From NCBI GenBank assembly GCA_028704385.1, contig JAQVLA010000001.1:174794-238793 (forward strand): a stretch of 64,000 nt of DNA, given 5' to 3'. Position 1 is the stretch's first letter. Every line of letters begins with the position of its first letter. This document shows positions 55,786 through 64,000 of this stretch, piece by piece. The position numbers and the translations under genes are program-made. The notes below the pieces were generated by a model. It saw nothing but the letters and a program-made list of their open reading frames with translations. It was not told the DNA's origin and ran no database searches. This DNA is from Bacteroidales bacterium. Its GTDB lineage: Bacteria; Bacteroidota; Bacteroidia; Bacteroidales; F082.

Positions 55786-57963
55786 TCAGGGGGCAGTATA
55801 AATCAAACTTTCGTTGCGGAAACCGCTGATGTTTTGATACCAGTTAGGAAACAACACGCCACCGCTGGTGGCCCATTCGGCAAATTTTAAATGAACCATA
55901 ATGATGTCTTGTTTTTCGATGGGATAGTCAAAGGTTTCGTAAATATTAATGGCCCATGGGAGATTTCCATTCGTCACGTAATACTTGCCACTTGTGGGGT
56001 TACTGTCGTCTTCGTTGGTGCCCAACAGGTTTACATCAGCTAAATCGGTGGGTGGGTAATAAGGCAGATGAACCTCAACAGCTCTGTCCATATTGACAAT
56101 CAGGAAGGGATTAAAATTGCTGATATCCAGCTGATTAAGTGTATAAGTGTTTGAAGGGAAATTAATTGTAACCGTGAGTGTTACTGGTTCTACATAAAGA
56201 GCGTTGGGTTCCGTATTTACACCAATTCCCATTCCGGGATGTTCCATTTGACCGTATGTATTATCAAATACAATAATGGTGGGTTTTGACTGGCCTGCTT
56301 CGGTGCCGTTTGGATTAAGCGTGATATAGTTTTCCGTGAGGCTAAATCCGCTAACATTTAAGTCGTTGGGGTCAATGGCATTGCTTAACTGGAATCCAAA
56401 ACCATTCTCGTAGGAAGCACCAAAAGCTTTGACGATGAAGCTGGCCTCTACTTTTTCTACAAAATTTGAGGTAGTGTTAGTGATCTGGAACTGGTAGTCA
56501 ATCACCAGATCATTAAAATCGTAATCGCCTTTGTGTGGCCACAAGTCTTCAAAAGCAAGTGTTCCAAAGCCGGTAGCGGGGTATAGATTTGTCGTTCCGG
56601 CAACAATAATTACTTCAATCGTAGCTATTGAGCACAGGTTATTCTGATCGCAGATCTGATAATCAATTGTGGCTGTGCCGGTATAGTTATTGGCAGGGAT
56701 AAAACTGACCTCAGCAGTTGAGGAATTAAATGTAAAAGTACCCACTGAAGGATCTGGTTCTGTGCCACCAACGAAGCTGAAAGTGTTAGTAACTATAGGT
56801 GTTGATCCGGCGAGATCATTGTCTAAAACATCTATGGTAACCGGTGTATTGACATCAGTAGTCGAAAAATCATCAACAGCGGTGGGGCCGGTTGGGTAGG
56901 TGATAGTTACAGTAGCCAGGTTAGAGGCAAAATTGTTTTCGTCTTTCACGAAATACTGGATGGGAGTGGGGCTTCCGACCAGTGCGGGATCCGGAGTAAA
57001 AGTAATAGCTCCGGTGGAGGAATTCACCGACCATACGCCTTCACCGGCTACTGTAAGAGATTCGCCGGGATTGGCAGTGCCGTTGATTTGAACGCTTGCG
57101 GGAACAAGCGGTGCATCACCGGGGTTGTCGTTTTCCAACACATCCAGCGTAATGATCTCTCCCGGCATTCCCGATCCTGAATCATCGGTTGCGGTGGGTG
57201 TATCAATACTGATCAGCTCCACCCAGCTGCCATTCATTTGCGGATAACCATCAATCATGATGGTATGGTTGTCATTTTCGAATTCTCCTCCGGCTCCCAT
57301 CGTGAGCTCAACGGCATCAAAGGTAAGATCCGGTGTCGAAATGAAATGCAGGAAAGCATAAGGTTCGTTGTTATTTTGTCCGGTATTTGGTTTCCCGTAA
57401 TATTGACCGGTGATGTATTGTGTTCCATTGATGGATGTAATCTTATACGTATTCGATTTTGGTATCAGGGAGATTACATTTGAGGTTTCGAAGGTGCCGA
57501 TCACCTCACCCTGGCGGATGATCTTAATCGTGTTTTTTCCGTCACCGGCAGGCCAGGCAAAACCAAAATAGTTGACAGGCTCTTCAAAATTCAGCATCAC
57601 CTTACCACCAACCTGAATCGACATGTACTTTGGGCTGCCAGTGCCGTATTGGTCATCGGTTTTTACATACGAATTGCCACCAGTTTGATAATAGGTGCCT
57701 ACAGCCGAAGTGTAACCATTTGGCTGAGGAGCCCAGTTAAAGTTGGAAGGCGGAACCGCAAAACTTTCAAAAGTTTCCGAAATGAGTGTGCCGCCAATGG
57801 CGTCCGATTCCATCATTTTTGGAGGACTGATCAGCACCTTAAGGCTTTCCTGCGCATGAAGTTCAGCTGTTGGAATAAAAAGGAAAAAACCAAGTAAGAT
57901 TGACACAGACAATAGGCCACTCAAAAGTGTTTTATTTTGGGTTAAAATATCTTTTGTTTTCAT
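55786..57963 (-). CDS. LruC-domain-containing secreted protein with N-terminal Ig/cadherin-like repeats, 725 aa
   Basis: Has a signal peptide. Two repeats of the type TATDDSGSGMPGEIITLDVLENDNPGD...TFTPDPALVGSPTPIQYFVKDENN are present. The hallmark LruC-domain motif is LAFEDLWPHKGDYDFNDLVIDYQF. Confidence 0.75.
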   Translation of the reverse strand: MKTKDILTQNKTLLSGLLSVSILLGFFLFIPTAELHAQESLKVLISPPKMMESDAIGGTLISETFESFAVPPSNFNWAPQPNGYTSAVGTYYQTGGNSYVKTDDQYGTGSPKYMSIQVGGKVMLNFEEPVNYFGFAWPAGDGKNTIKIIRQGEVIGTFETSNVISLIPKSNTYKITSINGTQYITGQYYGKPNTGQNNNEPYAFLHFISTPDLTFDAVELTMGAGGEFENDNHTIMIDGYPQMNGSWVELISIDTPTATDDSGSGMPGEIITLDVLENDNPGDAPLVPASVQINGTANPGESLTVAGEGVWSVNSSTGAITFTPDPALVGSPTPIQYFVKDENNFASNLATVTITYPTGPTAVDDFSTTDVNTPVTIDVLDNDLAGSTPIVTNTFSFVGGTEPDPSVGTFTFNSSTAEVSFIPANNYTGTATIDYQICDQNNLCSIATIEVIIVAGTTNLYPATGFGTLAFEDLWPHKGDYDFNDLVIDYQFQITNTTSNFVEKVEASFIVKAFGASYENGFGFQLSNAIDPNDLNVSGFSLTENYITLNPNGTEAGQSKPTIIVFDNTYGQMEHPGMGIGVNTEPNALYVEPVTLTVTINFPSNTYTLNQLDISNFNPFLIVNMDRAVEVHLPYYPPTDLADVNLLGTNEDDSNPTSGKYYVTNGNLPWAINIYETFDYPIEKQDIIMVHLKFAEWATSGGVLFPNWYQNISGFRNESLIYTAP

Positions 57964-57998
57964 AATAGTTCTTTTTGTTTTGTCAGGAAACCAACTAG

Positions 57999-58355
57999 TT
58001 AAAATGAATAATTCAATTTATCTGATTGTAATTCAAGTTCAACTGTTTGTCCTTGATGCCTTAGTTTAATGGCTGTTTCATAGCTGGGTACATTAAACCT
58101 GATTTCATTTTCCTGATTGGCACTTATATAGGATTTCCAATAGATAACGCCTTTGGATGAAATGATCTCGATCAGGCCGTTTGTTTTACCCGATACTGTG
58201 AGTGTGATATTTTTAGTGGTGGTCCATTTAAAATCCACTGGAACTTTTAATTGTTCTGTAGATACCGGTTTTGGCCCGGCTTGTTGTTCTACATCCTTTT
58301 TGCAGGAGACTAGTCCAAGGGTAACAAGCGTGATAAGCAGTATGATTCGTTTCAT
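57999..58355 (-). CDS. Small lipoprotein of unknown function, about 118 aa
   Basis: MKRIILLITLVTLGLVSC is a lipoprotein signal with a lipobox Cys. The track ORF starts 18 codons earlier. The gene lies 35 nt upstream of the LruC gene on the same strand. Confidence 0.55.
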   Translation of the reverse strand: MKRIILLITLVTLGLVSCKKDVEQQAGPKPVSTEQLKVPVDFKWTTTKNITLTVSGKTNGLIEIISSKGVIYWKSYISANQENEIRFNVPSYETAIKLRHQGQTVELELQSDKLNYSF

Positions 58356-58554
58356 ATATATTATTTTGTTGGCGGGATTAAGCAATATTTGTGCCGTAAT
58401 ATTATTCAATTATTTAAAGTATTGAAATACATATAGATATGTTGTATTATTTATTGGAGTAAATGATATTTAATAAATAATAAAATCCTTTTTTGGGAAT
58501 CGTATTTTTATTTTAAAACTCCAAAAGCCTTCAATAAAACATTGGAGATTTCCT

Positions 58555-58562
58555 TATTTTTG
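58555..58562 (+). promoter_or_regulatory. Candidate -7 box (TATTTTTG) for the ABC-F gene
   Basis: Matches TAnnTTTG, 21 nt upstream of ATG 58583. Confidence 0.4.
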
Positions 58563-58582
58563 CCAACCATTATTCTATCGTT

Positions 58583-60532
58583 ATGATTTCAGTCCAAAAC
58601 TTGTCGATGCATTTTACGGGTGATGATCTTTTTACGGATATCACTTTTTTGATCCGTGAAAAGGATCGAATCGGCCTGGTTGGCAAGAACGGAGCTGGCA
58701 AAACGACTTTGATCAGGCTTTTATGCGGACTGGAGCACCCACACAAAGGCGATGTGATTGTTCCAGAAGACACCAGCATTGGCTATCTGCCACAGGAAAA
58801 AGAGCTTATCAGCGAACTTACTGTTATAGAGGAGGCCATGACAGCTTTTGAAGAACAGAATCAGCTGGAAGAACACCTCAAAAAACTGGAACTGGAGCTC
58901 CAGCATCGGACGGATTACGAATCGGATGCTTATCATAAACTCATCGAAAAGCTGAGCTTTATCAACGAGCGAATCGCCTTGCTTGGTGCCAATGCCATAG
59001 AAGGGGAAGCCGAACGCATTCTCGTAGGGCTGGGTTTTGAACATGAAGACATGCAGCGCCGGATGTCCGAATTCAGCAACGGCTGGCAGATGCGTGTGGA
59101 GTTGGCGAAAATCCTACTGCAACGTCCCGACTTGTTGTTGCTTGATGAGCCTACCAATCATTTGGATATTGAAGCGATCCAATGGCTGGAAGGTTTTTTA
59201 CAAAACTACAATGGGGCAATTTTGATGGTTTCGCATGACCGCACTTTTTTGGATGCCATCACGATACGTACGATCGAAATCAGCAATGGCAGAATTTATG
59301 ACTACAAGGGCAGTTATAGTTTTTATGTGGAAGCCCGCCAGCAACGCATCGAAACAGATATGGCTGCTTATACCAATCAGCAGCGTGAGGTGAGAGAGAT
59401 AGAGCGTTTTATTGAGCGTTTCAGGTATAAATCTACCAAAGCAAAACAGGTACAATCCCGAGTGAAGCTACTCGAAAAGATGGACGAAATTGTGGTGGAC
59501 GAGATGGATCGCTCGGCCATTCATTTTCGTTTTCCACCGGCACCGCATTCCGGAAAAGTTACACTCGAAACCATTGGATTGGGTAAGGCATATGGCAGTT
59601 TGCAGGTTTTGAAAGATATCAATTTGCTCATTCCAAGAGGCGAGCGGATTGCTTTTGTTGGCCGGAATGGAGAAGGAAAATCCACCCTTTCAAAAATTCT
59701 GGCCGGAGTATTGGATTATTCCGGAGAGCTAAAATTCGGGCACGAAGTAAAGGTGGGCTATTATGCCCAAAACCAGCACGATATGCTCGATATGGAAAAG
59801 ACGGTTTTCGAAACCCTCGACGAAGTGGCGATAGGCGAGATGCGTACCCGGATCAAGTCGCTTTTGGGTGCATTTTTGTTCAGTGGCGAAGCCGTTGACA
59901 AAAAGGTTAAGGTGTTGTCGGGAGGCGAGAAGGCACGGCTGTCGTTGGCACGTATGTTGCTTTTTCCGGTGAATCTGCTGATCATGGACGAGCCTACGAA
60001 TCACCTGGATATGATGTCGAAAGACATATTAAAAAGTGCTTTGTTGCAATATCAGGGCACCTTATTGATTGTGTCGCACGACAGGGATTTTCTGCAGGGA
60101 TTAACCAATAAGGTTTACGAGTTCAGGAAACCAAATATTAAGGTACACGATGGGGATGTATTTGCATTTTTGGAGAAGAAGAAGCTGGAACATCTTCGTG
60201 AGCTCGAAATTGCACAAAGTAAAAAACGAATTGAAAGTGCACCAAAATCCAATAATAAAATACAGTACGAAGAGCGAAAGCAATTGGATAAAATCATACG
60301 AAAATGCCAGCGTGAGATAGAGACCCTCGAACAAAAAATTCACCATCAGGAAAAGGCAATAGCTACAATGGATGCTTTGCTGGCCTCATCCGAAGCGCAT
60401 AAACAAACCAGTGATCCGGCCTGGTACGAGATTTATGATAAGCAAAAAACTCAACTCGGGCAATTGATGGAACAATGGGAGATCAAACAATTGGAAAAAG
60501 AAGCACTTGAGCAGCAATATCAGGCACTTTAA
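58583..60532 (+). CDS. ABC-F family ATPase (two ABC cassettes, no TM domain, C-terminal coiled coil), 649 aa
   Basis: Walker A motifs GKNGAGKTT and GRNGEGKST. Signature motifs FSNGWQMRV and LSGGEKARL. Walker B motifs LLLLDEPTNHLD and LLIMDEPTNHLD. An interdomain linker and a K/E/Q-rich C-terminal tail are present. Confidence 0.9.
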   Translation: MISVQNLSMHFTGDDLFTDITFLIREKDRIGLVGKNGAGKTTLIRLLCGLEHPHKGDVIVPEDTSIGYLPQEKELISELTVIEEAMTAFEEQNQLEEHLKKLELELQHRTDYESDAYHKLIEKLSFINERIALLGANAIEGEAERILVGLGFEHEDMQRRMSEFSNGWQMRVELAKILLQRPDLLLLDEPTNHLDIEAIQWLEGFLQNYNGAILMVSHDRTFLDAITIRTIEISNGRIYDYKGSYSFYVEARQQRIETDMAAYTNQQREVREIERFIERFRYKSTKAKQVQSRVKLLEKMDEIVVDEMDRSAIHFRFPPAPHSGKVTLETIGLGKAYGSLQVLKDINLLIPRGERIAFVGRNGEGKSTLSKILAGVLDYSGELKFGHEVKVGYYAQNQHDMLDMEKTVFETLDEVAIGEMRTRIKSLLGAFLFSGEAVDKKVKVLSGGEKARLSLARMLLFPVNLLIMDEPTNHLDMMSKDILKSALLQYQGTLLIVSHDRDFLQGLTNKVYEFRKPNIKVHDGDVFAFLEKKKLEHLRELEIAQSKKRIESAPKSNNKIQYEERKQLDKIIRKCQREIETLEQKIHHQEKAIATMDALLASSEAHKQTSDPAWYEIYDKQKTQLGQLMEQWEIKQLEKEALEQQYQAL

Positions 60533-61506
60533 TAATCTCTGCTGTACAAAAAGCTTGCATAATCGGCCAACTCCTTCTTTTTAGTCTTGTCGGCATCAAT
60601 CTTATTCAGGATATCAACAGCTTGCAGATAATAAGTTTGCATTACCTTTTCAACTTCTTGTTTTACATTAAGTTGTGCGAAGATGGCTTTAACCTCATTG
60701 ATTTTACTGGATTTTTCAATGTTATTATCGGGCTTATAGAGTCGGTTTAGGCTTGCTTTTGTCTGATTATCAGCCAGCTGAAGGGCTTTTAGGAGCAGGT
60801 AGGTCTTTTTGTTAGCGGCAATATCACCACCAGATATTTTCCCAAATTCTGCCTGTGTGCCATAAACATCCAACAGATCATCTTTGAGCTGAAAAGCCAT
60901 GCCCAGCGCGATACCAAAATCATAAATTGCCTTTACCTGTTTGGGTGTCGCCTGTGCAACCACTGCCCCAATCTCGAGGCTGGCTCCCAGCAAAACCGCT
61001 GTTTTTAGCCTGATCATATCCAGATAATCGGCAATACTAACCTCTTCCTTTTTCTCAAAATCCATATCCAACTGTTGTCCTTCGCAAACTTCTATGGCAG
61101 CCTTGCTAAAAACCTGCAGGATGGAAGGAACAAGCTGTGTTTTTGTTTTTAAAGTATATTGATAAGCCAGGGCAAACATGGTGTCGCCCGAAAGTATGGC
61201 GATATCGGCATTCCATTTTTTATATACTGTTTCTTTGCCGCGACGAAGCGGGGCTTTGTCCATGATGTCATCATGAACAAGTGTGAAATTATGAAACATC
61301 TCAACAGCCAGTGCCGGATATAGAGCATCTGAAATATTACCTTCAAAAAGATCGCAGGCCATCAGGGTGAGCAATGGGCGCAGGCGTTTTCCGCCTTGTC
61401 CCATGATGTAGGCTATTGGAGCATAAAGGGCGGGTGGATTGCCTTGGAACGTTTGACTACTTATGAGTGTATTTATCTCTTGCTGAAGTTGTTGTATACG
61501 AGTCAT
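60529..61506 (-). CDS. Polyprenyl diphosphate synthase (trans-isoprenyl diphosphate synthase family), 325 aa
   Basis: First Asp-rich motif LVHDDIMD and second Asp-rich motif FQLKDDLLD. GGKRLRP is also present. Confidence 0.85.
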   Translation of the reverse strand: MTRIQQLQQEINTLISSQTFQGNPPALYAPIAYIMGQGGKRLRPLLTLMACDLFEGNISDALYPALAVEMFHNFTLVHDDIMDKAPLRRGKETVYKKWNADIAILSGDTMFALAYQYTLKTKTQLVPSILQVFSKAAIEVCEGQQLDMDFEKKEEVSIADYLDMIRLKTAVLLGASLEIGAVVAQATPKQVKAIYDFGIALGMAFQLKDDLLDVYGTQAEFGKISGGDIAANKKTYLLLKALQLADNQTKASLNRLYKPDNNIEKSSKINEVKAIFAQLNVKQEVEKVMQTYYLQAVDILNKIDADKTKKKELADYASFLYSRDY

Positions 61507-61510
61507 AAGC

Positions 61511-62371
61511 TTATTTAAGTAAGTTCATCAAATAGGTGCCATATCCACTTTTAAGCAGCGGTTGTGCCAATGAACCAAGTTGGCTTGCATTTATGAATCC
61601 CTTGTGAAAGGCCACTTCTTCGATACAGCCAATCTTTAATCCCTGCCTGTTTTCGATCACTTCCACAAATTGTGAGGCTTCCAGCAACGAACTAAAGGTA
61701 CCTGTATCAAGCCAGGCCGTGCCCCTGCCCAACACACCAACCTTCAACTTATTGTTTTCGAGGTAATGCTTATTAACATCTGTGATTTCATACTCTCCTC
61801 TGGCACTTGGTTTTATGTTTTTGGCGACTTCTACCACGCTGTTGTCGTAGAAATACAATCCCGGGACGGCATAATTCGATTTGGGGTTTTTAGGCTTTTC
61901 TTCGATACTAATGGCCTTCTGGTTTTTGTCAAATTCGACAACACCGTAACGTTCGGGATCAGAAACATGATAGGCAAACACCACACCGCCTTGCGGGTCG
62001 CTGTTTTCAATGAGTAGCTGTTGCAGTCCGCTGCCATAAAAAATATTATCACCCAAAATCAAAGCCACCTTGTCGTTACCAATAAAACTTTCGCCAATCA
62101 CAAAAGCCTGTGCAAGTCCATTAGGAACAGCCTGTTCGGCATACGAGAATTCACATCCCAGCTTATGGCCATCACCCAGCAGCTTTTCAAAATGAGGCAG
62201 ATCATACGGAGTGGAAATAATCAGTATCTCCCGTATTCCGGCCATCATCAGAATCGACAATGGATAATATATCATGGGTTTGTCATAAATAGGCATCAGC
62301 TGTTTGCTCACTGCCAGGGTGAGCGGGTGCAATCGGGTTCCGGATCCGCCGGCAAGAATGATTCCTTTCAT
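61511..62371 (-). CDS. rfbA: Glucose-1-phosphate thymidylyltransferase
   Basis: [39 protein letters not shown]..., ILGDNIFYG and [15 protein letters not shown] match canonical RfbA/RmlA. Confidence 0.95.
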   Translation of the reverse strand: MKGIILAGGSGTRLHPLTLAVSKQLMPIYDKPMIYYPLSILMMAGIREILIISTPYDLPHFEKLLGDGHKLGCEFSYAEQAVPNGLAQAFVIGESFIGNDKVALILGDNIFYGSGLQQLLIENSDPQGGVVFAYHVSDPERYGVVEFDKNQKAISIEEKPKNPKSNYAVPGLYFYDNSVVEVAKNIKPSARGEYEITDVNKHYLENNKLKVGVLGRGTAWLDTGTFSSLLEASQFVEVIENRQGLKIGCIEEVAFHKGFINASQLGSLAQPLLKSGYGTYLMNLLK

Positions 62372-62424
62372 TTGTTCAAATTGTGTTTTATTAGCTTTTA
62401 AGGTCTAAAGCAATCTTAACAAAG

Positions 62425-64000
62425 TTATTCCTTTTTGGTTTCCTCTATCACTTCAATTTCCAGATCATCAAGTTCGATATCGTCTTCTTCGTCTAAAATT
62501 TCGATCAGCGGCTCTCTGAAAGCCTTCGTTGTGATACGTTTATCCAATGTAAGTAACAAAGATGGCAGCACAAACAGATTAGATAACATGGCAGACAACA
62601 AGGTAAAGGATACCAGATAACCTAATGCTTCGGTGCCTCCAAAGGAGGAGAGAATGAAAATGGCAAAACCAAAAAACAACACTACTGCCGAATAGATCAT
62701 ACTGAATCCGGTCTCAAGCAGGGCGGCCAGCACCGATTCCTTGATTTTCCAGTTGTTTAGGATAAGCTGCAGGCGATAACGTGCCAGAAAATGGATGGTA
62801 TTGTCAACGCTGATACCCAATGCAATACTAAATATCAATATGGTAGAAGGCTTGATTGAAATACCGGCATAACCCATCATGGCTGCGGTTAGCAGTTGCG
62901 GAATAAGATTGGGGATCATCGAAATTATCACCATCTTGAAGGATGAAAAAGTAAGTGCCATCAATATGGCTATGACCAGCAACGCCAGTAAAAAGGAGGA
63001 GATCAGATTTTTGACCAGATAGTTAGTTCCTTCCAAAAATACGATGCTTCCCCCGGTGATTGCTACTTCAAAATCTTCGGGCGGGAAAATTTCATTTATG
63101 GTCGGTTTGAGTCGTTTTTGCAGGGTATCAATTTCTGTGGTGCCAATATTGGCCATTTGTACGCTTATACGCGTTTTTTGCAGGCTTGAGTCAACAAATG
63201 CATTGATGATGGATTTGCTGTCGCCGGTTCCTAAATTGGGTACATAGGATAAAATAAAGTTACGTTCCTGATTGTTGGGCAGTTCGTAATAAGCCGGATT
63301 GCCTTTGAAAAAGGCCTGTTTGGAGAACTTTACCACTTCAACCATCGAAACGGGTTTACTGAGCTCAGGATAGAGCGCCATGCTGTCTTGCAGGGCTTCC
63401 AGTTTTTGAAGGGTAGAAGCACGAAGTAGTCCTTTTTTCTTTTTGGTATCAATGCTGATTTCAAAAGGCATCACACCAACGAAGTGTTTTTCAAAAAACA
63501 TCAAATCTTTGTACAAACGGCTTTTATGCGAGATGTCGTCCACCATATTGCCTGTTGTACGCAATTTTACTACACCAAGAATACCAACAACAAAAACTAT
63601 CACGGTAATGATATAGACCACATTACGTCGGTTAAGTATAACCCAGGCGATCGTTTGTAATAATTTGTTAACGTTGCCTTTTTCAAAATGCTGAATATGT
63701 TGTGGCTTAGGCCGGGGCAGGTAACTGAAAATAATTGGTATAAGAAACAGGCTTATCAGATATGCGAGTAAAATATTGATCGAAGCAATGATGCCAAACT
63801 CCACTAGCAACGCATTTCCGGTGACAGTGAAGGCCGCAAATCCGGCAGCTGTAGTGGCATTGGTTAGCATGTTGGCAGCTCCAATCCGGCGTATTACCCT
63901 GCTCAAAGCTTTTATTTTATTGCCGTGGATCGAATATTCGTTGTAGTATTTGTTGAGCAGGAAAATAGAATTTTCTACACCTATTACGATCAGCAGAGGA
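62425..64000 (-). CDS. MMPL/RND-superfamily membrane transporter, C-terminal about 525 codons; the N-terminus lies beyond the window
   Basis: The track start at 63906 is a TTG. The frame stays open to the window edge, reading ...PLLIVIGVENSIFLLNKYYNEYSIHGNKIKALSRVIRRIG. Two 5-6 TM bundles flank a soluble loop, as in MMPL/RND permeases. Confidence 0.75.
   Translation of the reverse strand, partial: PLLIVIGVENSIFLLNKYYNEYSIHGNKIKALSRVIRRIGAANMLTNATTAAGFAAFTVTGNALLVEFGIIASINILLAYLISLFLIPIIFSYLPRPKPQHIQHFEKGNVNKLLQTIAWVILNRRNVVYIITVIVFVVGILGVVKLRTTGNMVDDISHKSRLYKDLMFFEKHFVGVMPFEISIDTKKKKGLLRASTLQKLEALQDSMALYPELSKPVSMVEVVKFSKQAFFKGNPAYYELPNNQERNFILSYVPNLGTGDSKSIINAFVDSSLQKTRISVQMANIGTTEIDTLQKRLKPTINEIFPPEDFEVAITGGSIVFLEGTNYLVKNLISSFLLALLVIAILMALTFSSFKMVIISMIPNLIPQLLTAAMMGYAGISIKPSTILIFSIALGISVDNTIHFLARYRLQLILNNWKIKESVLAALLETGFSMIYSAVVLFFGFAIFILSSFGGTEALGYLVSFTLLSAMLSNLFVLPSLLLTLDKRITTKAFREPLIEILDEEDDIELDDLEIEVIEETKKE

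Overview
This is a Bacteroidota-type chromosomal segment. The evidence is TAnnTTTG -7 promoter boxes, an ECF sigma/FecR pair, four T9SS type-A C-terminal sorting domains, an LruC-domain protein and a DUF4199-like protein. I saw no rRNA, tRNA, CRISPR array, transposase or integrase.

The flanks (1-19.5 kb and 54-64 kb) are ordinary housekeeping genes. They include mdh, a BNR/sortilin-like protein, ygiQ, an mtnA/class-II-aldolase/aldo-keto-reductase operon, an M20 amidohydrolase, rbfA, an FtsX/LolE-like permease, rsmA, serS, rpmA and rplU. The right flank has a VOC protein, an ABC-F ATPase, a polyprenyl synthase, rfbA and a truncated MMPL/RND permease.

The centre (19.7-53.5 kb, about half the window) is the interesting part. 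It starts with an ECF sigma factor, a FecR anti-sigma factor and a 447-aa protein that fuses an STN signalling domain to a small beta-barrel instead of a TonB-dependent transducer. Next comes a 994-aa beta-helix T9SS cargo protein. Then come three tandem same-strand giant paralogous T9SS cargo genes of 2685, 2744 and 3367 aa, 26.4 kb in total.

The giants share a Fn3/CarboxypepD_reg/MAM-like backbone but carry swapped cassettes. Nucleotide identity between them is mosaic, reaching 98% over 170 nt, which suggests gene conversion.

A bipartite element, TAGGGG-N15-TTGTC, resembles an ECF promoter. It occurs with identical spacing in the sigma-fecR intergenic region and in the leaders of giant genes A and B, but not C. 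I propose the whole block is a cell-surface-signalling-controlled giant adhesin system.

All calls come from reading the sequence and ORF translations by eye. No database search was run, and family names are motif-based.
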